Source of the DNA: Spizellomyces punctatus DAOM BR117
Taxonomy: Eukaryota
Assembly (NCBI GenBank): GCA_000182565.2
Contig: KQ257457.1
Direction: 5' to 3' (one strand)
Length of the DNA: 64,000 nucleotides
The translations under genes were made by a program, and so were the position numbers. Each line of letters starts with the position of its first letter. The stretch's first letter is position 1. The notes beneath the pieces are model-generated. The model saw only the letters and a list, made by a program, of their open reading frames with translations. It was not told where the DNA came from and did no database searches. Below are positions 1 through 14,452 of this stretch, one piece after another.

Positions 1-161
1 TGAAGTCATTGTATATAATGTCCGTTACAGAATATTTGTCATCATTTTTTTTTTTGCCTGATTTCCAAGATCTAACTATGATTTAGTTCCATATAATTAC
101 ACTAGTTGGTCATACAAACCATGTAAACAAAATCCATTCAATGTTCATATCCCAACGTTAT

Positions 162-2256
<2,095 letters not shown>

Positions 2257-2870
2257 GAGAATGCGAAGAGGGATGTGAAAGATGAGGTAGGAATGGCGGC
2301 GTGGAAATGGGTGCGATGGGAGTGACTTTCTCCACAGACTCCCGTGAAACATGCAAAGATGCGGTTCCGTTTGCGGGAAGTTCGAAAACTGACCAACTGC
2401 CAAAAGGACTTTACCAAAAAGGACTTATCAGTGGCTTAGCTGCAATCACGCGACTCTCCAATCACGTGAGACAGGTTTGGGGAGTTTTGCCAATGGTCTT
2501 TGGACGTGTCACCTCCATCTGCAACAGCTGTCAGCCAGTTGCCATTTGTAACGGGAAGCCCCGGGCAATGCAGTAAAACATTCCAAGTGTTCTCCGCCAA
2601 ATGTCCGTGGCTTTGGACCAAAACTTGTGGCAACCGCAAGAGAACTGGTTTTTACTGGGTGCATCCCGGTTATAGTATTTGTACCCTACTTTGTACAGTT
2701 GTCCAATCTGGAGCATTTGAAACCAGGGCCACACTTATTATATTAATTCAACAGACTACTGCCAATAAAGAAATTACATTAGGTCCCAAATTCAAGACAT
2801 CAGAGCCAACTCAAACGTATAACCAGCCGCCAAACCCCACATTCTATCCATAAGAGTATTGCCAGCACAT

Positions 2871-4232
2871 TTAAATCAAGCGTTGGTCAGACCCCCAGCT
2901 GTCTCTTCGTCGACCGGTTGCCGCCCTAGATTGAGTCCGTACAAGAGTTTGCATATGTACATTCTGTCTCGCTTGTTCGTTCGTTAGGCCAAATACAGCA
3001 GTGTTGTTTGGATTAAAGGCGTGTGTACGGGTTGGAATTTGTGGAGGACGGTTTAATGTTCGGTTGGACCGCCCTGCGGATGTCGGACCGATAGTGGCTG
3101 CTCGAGCAGGCGCTCGGGCTGGTATACGGGGTGGGGAGACTGGTTGAGCGTTTGAGACAGGTGGTGGTAGTGTCGCAAGTCGAGGAATGGGTTCACGTGG
3201 ACTCGAGTAAGACCGCTGCAGTCGAGTGGGCGGCAATTGCTGGAAATTGACTTTCCTTTGCTCTGGTCTGGTTTGCTCTGGTTGTTGAGGGAAATCTCGT
3301 AACGGGACTTCTTCCGAGTAAGGTGACACGTCCGATTGTCCTCTCTCACGGTGATACGGCGGAGGGACCGGCGTCTCCTCCCACCCTCTCCTGTCCTGCG
3401 TTGGTGCCGATATGGAAGGTACCTCGTTAGCGATGAAGAAGCCCTTTCTGGACACGGCTGCCACAAGGACAGAGTTTCGCGATTTTCGCTTCTCCCATGG
3501 TGTCAGCGCACCAGCTGGGCGCACCATTGTATTTGTAGGAACAGGCAATCGAGCAACCTGAGAGGGCAAGAGTGCCTTATCATGTTTTGGAAAATAAGAT
3601 ATGGGTCGTGGAAGGCTTCCTTCACTCAATGAATCATTGAATCCATCATCCACCATGACTCCAGCAGCCTCGAGAGACTTGTGCCACATTTCACGCGGAT
3701 GCCGGGCAAGGTATGCTGCACTTGCCCAAGCCATGATGAGTCCCACGATACAGATGCCGACAAAGATGGGTGCCGCTATGATACTGGGTTGAATAATGGG
3801 GGCCAACTCGGCCAGTCCTTTCGCAACGGCATCCTGCGGCTGGGCAGTAGCGGAGCTGCGTAAAGCAGATGAGGGTGCGGCTTGGTTTACTGTAACTCGT
3901 AGCGGTCTGGTAAGTGTGGGTACCGGAGTGGTGGGAACGCGACCAGTCGGGGGCCGAGTCGGTTGGAGGACAGTGGACGACAGCGGTGTAGCGACAGCTG
4001 GTGGTATGGCAGTCGGCGAAAGAAGGGTTGGAGGTGATGGCAGCAGGGTCTCAGTTACTGCGAAAAAAAAAAAAAAGATATGATCAATAAACTAAAGTCA
4101 CACGCAGATAAACCGGTTGAAAAGAGATGCGTCCAACTCACCCTCAAAGACTTGTGCCTGCACACCAATACCAGTCCATGCACAAACCAGCATGCACAAC
4201 CAAAAGCATGATGAAAGCGACCTACTGTCCAT
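2871..4232 (-). CDS. Type I single-pass membrane protein: signal peptide, Pro/Thr-rich stalk, TM helix, Pro/Arg-rich cytoplasmic tail
   Basis: Exon 1 encodes MDSRSLSSCFWLCMLVCAWTGIGVQAQVFE (signal-peptide-like). A GTGAGT...poly-T-CGCAG intron joins it in frame to VTETLLPSPP..., which continues into the 311-aa ORF. TM segment IIAAPIFVGICIVGLIMAWASAAYLA; PPPY motif in the tail. Confidence 0.7.
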
Positions 4233-4444
4233 AGTTTTACGACGATGGTCTTGCTAATGTCTGTATTGGAAGAATGTCCATCTCCCCTCCCCATCCAACA
4301 AGCCAAACGCAGAAGAAAGCTGCGCATATCGACGAGTTCCGCTCTCATTGTTCAACGCCTCCTGTTTGCCGTTTTGTGCGTCGTTCCGCCGTCTTTTGCC
4401 CCTTTTTCTTGTGCTTTTTCTCCTTCTTTTTTCATGGCCACAAT

Positions 4445-4453
4445 ATGACTCAT
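4445..4453. promoter_or_regulatory. Perfect Gcn4/AP-1-type bZIP site ATGACTCAT in a divergent promoter
   Basis: Exact 9-mer between the membrane-protein start (4232) and the rhomboid start (4582). Motif match only. Confidence 0.25.
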
Positions 4454-4581
4454 TGACACGGGATATGTCCGGATGTCCGGATTGCTTGTTGTCATGGAGA
4501 TGTTGCTTGCTGACGCATGCAGAGATCGGATTACGTTTTGTCGCTGTTCTACAAACAGAGATCTTTCAAGCAGTTTTGGTC

Positions 4582-5775
4582 ATGTCAAGGTTTTGGCACC
4601 GGTGCCAGGCAGTGACCGAGCAGGCATCATTTGCAGTGTGGCAAGCTCGACTGTCCAGGAACAGAGGTGTGCAGCATGTGTTGCCAATCAACTTTCTTCG
4701 CACTGCGTCCGTTGCACCGCGGCGACGTCTGCCAACGCAACGACCACGAGTGGACGACCCCCAAGCTCCACTCAAGGAACGAGTCCGCGTGCATGAAGAA
4801 CGCGAGCATGGAGAAGACCCGAAATGGAAGGATTACAAACGGGTGACCATTCTCCGTCCAGTATTGTTTTCGGCTGCCGTGGTGGTCGCGTCATTTGGTG
4901 TTGCATCATATATGCGTGCGGAGCGTCGATGGGAAGCGCAGGAGAAAGGGAGCATTTTTGCATTCGACCAGATATTCGGACCACCACCCCGGCGACGAAT
5001 GGATGAATCATCGGCCTTGCCGGAACCTATCTCACGAATAAAAGGAATGATTCTTCATTGGTGGGAGTCCGCTCGCCCGTCCCAACAAACTGCATACGCC
5101 ATTGTTGGCATCAACACTGCTGTGTTTCTATTATGGAGAATACCTTCACTGCAACCCTTCATGCTGCGTCACTTTGCTCATCATCCACTATCCGGGCGGT
5201 CATATACCCTGCTCACCTCTGTTTTCAGCCACGAAAGCTTCCTACATTTGACTTTTAACATGTACGCGCTCTTGGGATTCGCTCCACTGTTACAAGAGCG
5301 TGCCCTGGAATCGTCCGAGGAGATGGTTGCGTTTTATCTGTCATCTGGAGTGCTAGCGTCGCTTGGATCGCACCTGGTCACAACACTTTGGTTGCGGCGG
5401 TACCGTTCGCCAAAACCTAGCGTAGGCGCTAGTGGTGCCATTTGGGCAATTCTGGCTGGGTATGTCTCTTGTATTGTCATTGAGTCTTTTTGCGTATTTT
5501 TCCTTACCGCCTCTATGAACAGTTGCGCCAGTTGTCTTCCTCACATTCCAGTAGGAATCATATTCCTCCCCGGTATACAGTTTACTCTAGGCGAATTGAT
5601 ACCTGCATTGGTTGGACTGGATGTTATTGGACTGATCAGAGGATGGCAATTTTTTGACCATGCTGCACATTTGACGGGTGCCGGAGTGGGATATATGTAT
5701 ATTGAGCAAGGAAGAGTTTGGTGGAAATGGTGGCAGAGAAAATTGGATGAGTATCATAGACAAGGGAGAATTTAA
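4582..5775 (+). CDS. Mitochondrial rhomboid protease (PARL/Pcp1 type)
   Basis: LLTSVFSHESFLHLTFNMYAL, catalytic GASGA serine, FDHAAHLTG histidine. Arg-rich N-terminus resembles a presequence. A 63-nt in-frame intron is likely at 5460-5522. Start codon uncertain. Confidence 0.88.
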   Translation: MSRFWHRCQAVTEQASFAVWQARLSRNRGVQHVLPINFLRTASVAPRRRLPTQRPRVDDPQAPLKERVRVHEEREHGEDPKWKDYKRVTILRPVLFSAAVVVASFGVASYMRAERRWEAQEKGSIFAFDQIFGPPPRRRMDESSALPEPISRIKGMILHWWESARPSQQTAYAIVGINTAVFLLWRIPSLQPFMLRHFAHHPLSGRSYTLLTSVFSHESFLHLTFNMYALLGFAPLLQERALESSEEMVAFYLSSGVLASLGSHLVTTLWLRRYRSPKPSVGASGAIWAILAGYVSCIVIESFCVFFLTASMNSCASCLPHIPVGIIFLPGIQFTLGELIPALVGLDVIGLIRGWQFFDHAAHLTGAGVGYMYIEQGRVWWKWWQRKLDEYHRQGRI

Positions 5776-6030
5776 TGAGCCAGTACTTTCATTGCATGGT
5801 TGATATGTGCCTACTTGCTTGTATCATACATAGAGCTATAGGAAAGGTGTTTCTGCGTGACAGAACAGAGTTGGTCGGCCATTATCATCACCACGGATGA
5901 ATGCCAGTGCAAACCATTAGAAATAAGTAAACTTATTGTAGGAATATATATTGACGTGCTCGCTCGCCCACGCAGGCAATAAATGTAGACTAACGTGTCT
6001 AGGGAGATATGAGAACCTACCTCATTAAGG

Positions 6031-7477
6031 CTAGAAAAGCTGGACACCCAATGCAACCAATGCACCCAAGAACAATTCAGAGACGTAGTTGCGGATGCTT
6101 CCAGCTGACGACTTCTGCTGTTCGGCGGGTGCTGTAGCGGTAGCTGTCGGAGCTGGTTTACCGCTGGTTGTACCAGTTGCCGTGGCCGTGGTGGTCTTGG
6201 TAGAACCAGAAGATGTCAATGTCGACGAACTACTGGTAGAAGTAGTGGATGCTGCTGCCGCCCAGTAACCACTTTCGCCGATACACTGATTGATAGGTTG
6301 GATCTTCAATGGGAAGGAAGCACCAACAGATGCAACCCAATTCAATACATCCACAGCAACACTGCTCGTGAATGTCGTGATATCATGTTCCAAAGAGATG
6401 AAACCGGGTTGTGCCACACCCCATGTCTTCACCGTATTGAGCACCTGGGTACCAGCTGCCGTGCTGGGAGTCACGGAAGCATCTTCGCTATCCCGGACAG
6501 GGTTGGTGGTCCAGAGGACGGTCCGGTAGCCGAGTGCATCGACAATAGCGCGTACGCGGTCATCAATGTCTCCATAGGGAGGACGGAAATGGGTCGGAAC
6601 CTGGCCAATGGCTTGGTAAATGGCGGCTTCAGTGTACTATGTGTCAGAAGGGAAGGGATGCACCGGATGTCAGATATTATCATGAATGTTCGGCAGACAG
6701 TAGTGAGCGTACCTTTAACTCGGCCACAATTTGCGCATTTGTCAAACTCGTCAAAGGATGATGCGTCCAAGTATGAGACGCAATTTGATGTCCACTGTCG
6801 TAGGACGCCTTGACCTCACTCGGATATGTCCTAACGCCCGTCCCACAAACAAAAAACGTCGCCTTCAATCCCATTTTGTCAAGTGTAGTACGAATCTCGC
6901 CAGTATCACTCTTGTGCGCTCCATTGACGAGGTTCACAGTCGGACCATCATCATAGGTGATACCCCAGGTGTTCGCCGAGGGGCAAGTGACAATATCCGG
7001 TTTGAAGTTCGCATTGGTGCCTCGAGTGCACTGATTTGCTGGCCAGTAGCAGGTAGCCGCACTATCTTCCAGATAGGTGACGGTAGACCCACTAATGTAG
7101 GTCGAAGGCTTAAGATTGAGAATCGAAGCTGGCACGACGGTCTGCACATGTGCAAGGGCCCTGAAATCATCCGATGAGATATTGGGATTTAAGTAACCTT
7201 CCAGTTTCAACCGAATCCCTTTTAATAAACTAGTATACGTACTCTGTCACCAGGGGATCTTGTAATAGTGCGCCATCAATCATTACAGTCTGATCAAGCG
7301 CCGGCCAAGCTGAAAGAGTTTCATTTTGGTCAGAAATGTGGGTTTACCCCACACTAGATAAGCTGCATTACACACACCCTTTGGCATCGGAGGCGGAAGT
7401 TGCAGCGCTGCACGAGCCCCATTCAGAAGGAATAGAGTGGCAATAGGAAGAGTGTAACTCCAAGAAGGTGTCATCAT
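6031..7477 (-). CDS. Chitin/polysaccharide deacetylase (CE4, NodB domain), secreted and probably GPI-anchored
   Basis: Signal peptide; CE4 motifs TYDDGP, HTWTH, RPPYG, DSEDA, LEHD; Ser/Thr-rich stalk; hydrophobic C-terminus (LFLGALVALGVQLF). Confidence 0.92.
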
Positions 7478-8017
7478 AGGTATGTCCTGCTACTGAAAAT
7501 GGGAAGACTGTGAAGCGAAGGTAGGATTGCACTGTTCATTTTATGCTGGATCGCGACTTTGGGCTGTCCTCGCAGAGTTATAACTTCCGACATTTGGAGT
7601 TACTTAAAATAGCTTTTAGATAGAATCGCCCCCTCCACAAATGTTGGGATGATCGAACAATAAGAACGTTTTTGCTTTTTTGCATGTGAGCCGATCCGTC
7701 AAAAGTAGGTTCGGTTGGTAACTAACGAATTGGCCATTGGATCAACATTCAAGTGCCATGGACTGAATAAGCTGTCTTACTTAGTGTAGATATGGCGTCA
7801 AACTCATTCATTAGCTGTCGAATCGGAATTGTTGATTGTTTTTGATGCCTTTAAAAACAGAGTTTACTCCAAAGGTACCCACAACCTGGGACGCACACCA
7901 GGATATTTGCAGCAGGCATAGGAGCATACTCGTATATATGCAGAACATGGAGCCTCCTTCTCCCCACTCTGTTTGGTGAAAAGAGGTTCCTTCTCGCACT
8001 ATTCGAAGTAGGCGGCA

Positions 8018-9243
8018 ATGGCTGTAGACTGGGAGCCCTTTACCGGGTACTACGCAGGATCAAGTGCTATCGTTGCCAACGACATTGAAATGTTTTACGG
8101 CCTGCATATTCTCAGCCTGGTGTGCATCACTGCCAGTTTCATGGGATCATCGTTCGTCATCATCACGAGTGTTCGTGCACGGCGGTACAAGACGTTGAAC
8201 GATAGACTTCCCATTTACATCTCTACCGCGGACCTGGCATTTGCATCTGTACATTTCGTCGACCACCTAACTGTTATGGTGAACAAAAAGTACCCTTCGG
8301 CTGGAACATGTCGTCTCTTGGGGGTAATATTGCTTATAGGGTGGGGTTATCAAATAACAATCAATGGCGCATTGGCTGCCCAATGCTGGCTCAAAATTGT
8401 TAGACGGTGGAAGCTTCCCCTGGGAGTGTATGAATGGAAGTTGCATGCTCTGGTCATGAGTATAGTCATGTCCATAGTCGTCGTTGGCCTAGGGATCGAT
8501 GCCTTCGGTCCGGCTTCATACATCATTTGCTTTAAGATTGAGGGTCGCCCCGGAAGGATCATGTGGTTGTTGACAGGTGAAATACGTGAAGAGCAACATG
8601 ATAGCTTTGCCCATTTCGCTTATCATTTTCTCTTTTTCATCGCCAGTGGCTTTCCTTATCGTCACCACCGTCGCGATCGTGTTTTCAAGTGTTTCCATCC
8701 GTCGCCAAATACGGGCCGTTATCGGAGACGTTACGAAATATACTTTCGCAGACCTTCAAGACAACCGTACACACCAAGCTGATGTTCGTATGGTCAGTAT
8801 ATGGATGTGGCTTTTCGGTCTGTACGGTTCGCACTTCAGCTAACGGTCATATCCCAGCTCAACTTTGCTATCATTGGATGCGTCCAGTACATTCCTACCT
8901 CCGCGCTAATATTTGCGGTGCTATTCTGGGATGATGGCCGCTTGATAAATAAGGTAACTCTATCGGGCCGTGCTGTGCCCCGTCGGGACAAGACCAGTAA
9001 AACTTACATTATTCCCAGACACTCTACTATATAGCCCTTACAACCGTCAACTCTGGAGGCACAATGAATTGCCTGGTGTATCTCCACAACCAACGTATGG
9101 TTCGCTTCTATAATGAGCAGTTTGCCGCCCGCATGGGATCCCGCTGCTCCAGTCAAGCGCCACCGGAGCGGACTCTGCAAAGAGTGGTCACAGCGCGTCG
9201 GTATACAGAGAGCGAGGGAAGCGATGATGCAGCTCACTTGTAG
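8018..9243 (+). CDS. Seven-transmembrane GPCR-like receptor (Git3/cAMP-receptor-like type), 4 exons
   Basis: TM1-2 SLVCITASFMGSSFVI...RLPIYISTADL; Cys before TM3. Splicing (introns near 8577-8646, 8793-8857, 8954-9018) restores TM5-TM7, with TM7 reading VNSGGTMNCLVY. TAG at 9241-9243. Confidence 0.8.
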
Positions 9244-9597
9244 ACAGGTCCGACTGGGGCTCGAGGTTGCGAGAGATGGTTGCCGGACATTTATTAGATA
9301 TTTGGTAGTGAACCACGACCAGCTAGAATATACCCATATGGCTTAACCATATCAAAGTCATAAAATATCAATACACTCCATGTACACAGCAATGCATTCA
9401 AGTAAAAATCGCCAATCCATGTAGCAAAGGTAAACATTCTCCAGTCGAATGGAAAACGAAGATTGCAGATGGGAACCAGATGGAAAGCGAGATTTCAAAC
9501 AGTGTTCTGACACGTGCAAATGCATTACGTCAGTCGCGAAACTGAGTTTCTCCAAGCAAGCCCTTCCCTAGCAGGCTCCCTTTCCCCAGCGAAAACC

Positions 9598-10922
9598 ATG
9601 TCAAATCACGCGAGGTCCACCTCAGCTCCTTCTACACCTCCGCTCCTCGCACCAGCAATGTCGAGCCTCCTGGTTCCTCTCAACAACCCGGGGCCAAGGG
9701 GCCGTAATCTGGAGCGTTTACCAAGGTTTCCAAGCTCCCCTGCCCTTGGAGTTGCGGATGTAGTCGTAACACCTCCTCCAGAAGCACCACGCACTCTGTG
9801 GGGTACTAACAGAGAGCCTTCACCTACCCCCGGCCTTCTTTCCCCCCGTCCCCCACCTGCACCGAAATCCTCTGTTAGCACTCGTGAGCAATCTTTCGAA
9901 GGCACTCCAACATTACCACCACTCCCTTCCCCGACATTTAGCGAAATGTTTTTCCTGGAAAGCGATGGAGGACGCCTCCAGACTCCAAAAATCATTTTAA
10001 CACCAGCTGAGGGCCCATCGAGAATATTTTGGAGTATCGGCGAGGTGGATTCAGCTTCTGATGTGGATGATCATAGCGTCCGCGTAAGCATCGAGGAACC
10101 AAGCCCAGAAGACGTGTGGGAAATTGAGCACAAGAAAAACGGGGTTCGATCATTTATGCAAACTGCTGCGGCTGCCCATATTCCGGCGATGTCAGATGAA
10201 ATTCCTGTTGCGGTTGGGGATAAGCTGGAGATTTATAAGCGGTTTCAAGATGGTGAGGATTTTATCATGTTAATACATTGTCTTCAAAGAGGTATACTCA
10301 CACCAGTCTGCGTCCAGGTTGGATACACGGACGAAATTGCACTACAGGAAAAACTGGCATTTTCCCGGGGGGATGTTTAACATTCCTCACTCCACCTGGT
10401 GGAACACCCCCTTTCATGTCCAGTTCCCTTCGAAAAGACTCGATGGCATCTGTACTGTCTTTTGTTTCGAGCTCAAGCAAATGGATGTACGGGCTACCCA
10501 AGCGGTCACGATCGAGATCCCGGTCAAGATCACGATCCCGCGAACGAGAGCAACAGAAATCGTTCGAGGAAGGAACTTCAATAAGAGTGGAATCAGGTAC
10601 CAGTTTAGATACGGAAGGACGGTTAGAAATGCAAGGAGGGTTGCGCTCGCTTCGTAGACGGCGATCTGCAAAAGAAGTTTTGTGGCGAAAGGTGCGAAAA
10701 GCAATTTTAGTGATCGTGCTGATGATCGTGGCGTTGGTGCTGGTGCTTGGGTTAGGGATTGGAGTTGGTGGAAAAGTGGCCACGCCATCAGATCCGGGTC
10801 AAGCGACGGGAACCAGTCGTACGCACCAGATTGGCATTGCCGATGGATCGCAAAACGCATTTAGATCTAGACTAGGGCAGAGCAGACGACGGAGACGAGC
10901 CGTTGCATTCTTATATACTTGA
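9598..10922 (+). CDS. Pro-rich SH3-domain protein with RS repeat and a C-terminal TM helix
   Basis: SH3 domain split by one intron: DEIPVAVGDKLEIYKRFQDG / WIHGRNCTTGKTGIFPGGCL. Also KRSRSRSRSRSRSRERE and TM AILVIVLMIVALVLVLGLGIGVGG. Confidence 0.78.
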
Positions 10923-11122
10923 GGGCGCACACGTATTAATGTATACTGGGCGTTATATCCGCTAACATCATCACCCACCCTTCAATGCTGCGCAATTGTC
11001 AGTGCAGGGAATAGTTCCCGATATATTGCAAAAATGGTTGATAGAGGCAAAACTGCCATATTTTGGTCGCAAGGATTGGATTGTACCGACAGTCTTACAG
11101 TAAACAGCACATCGTAAATTCT

Positions 11123-12760
11123 TCACCCCGTCATACTTTTATAATAGTCCAACGCTCTTCTGATGGGCTGAATAACTGGTTCTTCCATGTTTGGGAGTAC
11201 TTTGCTCACCAACTCAAACAATGGTATCATGACAAATCCAATGAACCCCACCTGCGCGCTGGCTTTCGTCACTTTTTGGCGATCCATGAAAGGCGCCCAC
11301 GGCAACCCTTCCGCCTTTTCACGGTCCGACTGCGTGAAGAACTCCTCTAGGAGGCTATCCACCCAGGGCTCCGAGACGTGCTGTGGTCTCACTTCGTTGC
11401 TAATGTCTGCGCACTTGACAATCATCTGAATAAGGAGTGTCCTCTGTGCTGGGTCCTCATAGTTGAACCCAGCTTCAGCGTAGCCCTTGAATTTGGCCAT
11501 GAGCTCGCCGTGTCTCGCCATATCAGTAGCGAGGATGCAGTTTATAATCTGTTTTCGAGCCTCCTTGTACTCTGAGTTGGAAAGGTTCGATAGAATATTG
11601 GTCTCGTCTGATTTGAGAATGGTGAAAAGAACAGCAGCGTGATGATTTTCGAGTGGAGAGATGTCGTTGTAGATTATGGATAGCTCTGTGCTGGCGTTGA
11701 TTTGGTAGGCGTTGTTGAAGCCGGGGTGATCCAGGTCGTGGCCAATGCAAGCCACAAGAAGGACAAGTTTCTCCAGCGGAGTCAGTTTCTCATGTACACC
11801 AGTAACATGTAGCAGTCCGTACATCTATTCTCCGTGATAAAGGTTGAAATAAGTGGCAGCAAGTAAATATTGCTAATACGGAGGTACCTTACCATTTGAG
11901 TCACACAAAAGCAGTGTCGAAAGTTATGAAAAGGATTATTGTTGTAACTGCATCGAACGCATTGCAAGAAGCGTCTCATCTTCGTTTCATCAATCTTGTA
12001 CAACTCGATAAGCCCAAATTCAACAAACATGTGTTCTAGAAGATACGCCATTTCGTGCTCTTGCCATTGCCAAATGTCGAACGTAGGATGCTTCAAATTC
12101 TCTTTCACTTCGTCACTGAAATCTGGTTTCGGGACCGTCTCTTCCAGGCGAAGGCCCACTTGCTGCACCCTTCGGATAGCGGGAATATTTTTGGACGCAT
12201 GGGCCGCCGACTGCAAGCATCCTGATGTCAACAATGATATCGACCGATGGCAAGCCACCCGGACAGTTCCTACCTCTACAGACGCTGTGCCCACTGCCCC
12301 GTCAAATCCTCCCGCGTGCGCATGTCGTTTCAACTTGTCAACCTTGTCTTTCAACTTCAATGCATCTCCTAGCAGGGCGCTGACAGCGTCAAGAGCGTCA
12401 ATTACAGGCTTTACTTCCGAAGACGCTCCTGGTAGGTATTTATCTAACGTTCCAAAGTGCGTACTAAGCATTGATATCAAAGAGCCTGGAAGGAAGCCAT
12501 CGAACTGCATTGTAACATTTACCCTGCTTCACTTGGAGGATATAACGGGTCTCAGGTGAGTTTGGTGGGATGTGAGGGCCAATTGGAACAAGTATTCCGT
12601 CGGGGCGGTAAAGCTTAAGGACAACATCCCTCGTCTCGTAACTGACATCGGCGGCTGCACAGAAAACGGATCGAATTTCTTGGATGGACAGGCTCGGGGC
12701 GATCCTCACTGTCTCGTTCAGCTTTCCTTCCACAGAGATATAGACCGAGTACGAATCCAT
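11123..12760 (-). CDS. PDE9: Class I cyclic-nucleotide phosphodiesterase, PDE9-like (cGMP-preferring)
   Basis: [85 protein letters not shown]. The N-terminal domain also resembles that of animal PDE9A. Confidence 0.9.
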
Positions 12761-13280
12761 TCGGCGAATGTTCTATCCACAACGAGAAGTACCAGGAATA
12801 GGAAAACTGGTCAACGTTTTTGATGCCTTCGAATTTATAAAGATTCACATTATAACTGTCTAAGTATTCATTGTCTCCGACCGAAAGGGGCTAGAAGGAT
12901 TCCGAATCTTCGTACGATGGGTGACAAGGTAAACTTCAAAGACCCTTGAAAGCCTCTGCTCTCGGCTTGCGGGTAACTTAGACTATCCTGTTGGGGTCTT
13001 TTGTCGGGGGAACGCTCCGCGAGGCTTACGTAGGAATCGACTAAGCGAAATATGATGTCAACAAAACCCCTTGCACAGGACGGTTGGGTGGTGCGTAGAC
13101 GTTTACCAGCAGATGAACGACCTCGAGGCAAGGCTTTCCCTTTGCAAATATCCTTAAAGGTTATTATTGCCTTTAGTCATTTTGCCGCAACCCCGGTTGT
13201 GCACTACGCTAAGCCGTCAGGTGACGACGTAATTGTGGGGCTCTTGGAGCGAAGGTTTCACTTCAACAGCATTGGCCAAG

Positions 13281-14452
13281 ATGGCACGCGTGGCGAAAAC
13301 ATTGGGGGTGCTGATTGATTTGAGCGGGTAAGAGCACAAGGACTTCCTACATAGCGAATCCGTGCTCTCAAATTGGGAAGGAAGAATGCCGCGGGTTTGG
13401 AGGCAATGCTGACGGCTGTCTATTTCAGCACCTTACACGTGGACAAGCAGGCGACTCCTCGAGCTGTTGACGCTCTAAAAGAGTTGCGCGGTTCAGGGGT
13501 GCAGGTACTTCCGGTCAAGGGCTAGATGGTCTACCTGATGCTCATGTAACGACAGATCCGTTTTTGCACAAATACCACGAAAGAGTCCGTACAGCGGTTG
13601 GTAGAGAAACTAAGGAACATTGGTTTTGAGATCAATAGGGAGGAGGTCGGATGTCGCTCTTCCAACTGGATGCTCTTTCAGTTTTATGCGACAGTGGTTA
13701 AAGCTAAATCTATAACAGGTGTTCACTTCCCTCATAGCGGCCAGAAATGTTGTCAGGTCCATGGGTGTACGTCCGCTGTTGCTGTTAGAGCCAGAAGCTC
13801 TCGAAGATTTCTCTGATATCCCTACGGATAACCCAAATGCCGTTGTTGTTGGATTGAGTCCTTCCTCGTTCCACTATGAAAAGGTTAAATGCCAGCTCAA
13901 CAGTGCTGAACCTTTGTTTCTACGCACTCGGGCAAAGTATCAGTTCTCAGCTGCATTATCTTTTAGTTGAACGAAGCATTCCGCATCATTCAATCCGGAA
14001 GTCCCTTAATTGCAATCCACAAAGCGCGGTACTTCGCTCGTCCAGATGGCCTCGCCCTTGGCCCCGGACCCTTCATAACCGCTCTGGAGTACGCAACAGA
14101 CGTGAAAGCACAGGTAGTCGGGAAGCCCGAGCCATCCTTCTTCAAGCTCGCTCTTGAGGATATGGCGATCCCAGCGGAGAATGCGGTTATGATTGGCGAC
14201 GACGTTAGAGATGACGTTGCTGGCGCGATGGACTTGGGAATGCGCGGTTTTCTGGTAAGCAGTGGGCTTCACTAAACACAGCATCCGTGCATTTTCCAAG
14301 CCGTGACCTTTCCGTTGCTTGCTTCAATTATTAAGGTGAAGACAGGAAAGTATCGGGATGGCGATGAGCATAATAAAGGGGTCACACCAAGTAAAGTAGT
14401 GACGAACTTTGCAGAAGCAGTGGAGGTGATCCTACAAGAACGTGAAGATTAG
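13281..14452 (+). CDS. HDHD2: HAD-superfamily class IIA hydrolase, HDHD2/LHPP-like, multi-exon
   Basis: Spliced [71 protein letters not shown] at 14450-14452. Confidence 0.88.

Noticed and set aside
2500-2640. X-box-like (RFX) sequences upstream of glycerol kinase, e.g. GTTGCCATTTGTAAC
   Set aside because: Imperfect match, and the gene is not an expected ciliary target.
4348-4581. Hydrophobic N-terminal extension of the rhomboid ORF
   Set aside because: Starts at a non-ATG codon and translates T-rich promoter/UTR sequence; the presequence-like region starts at ATG 4582.
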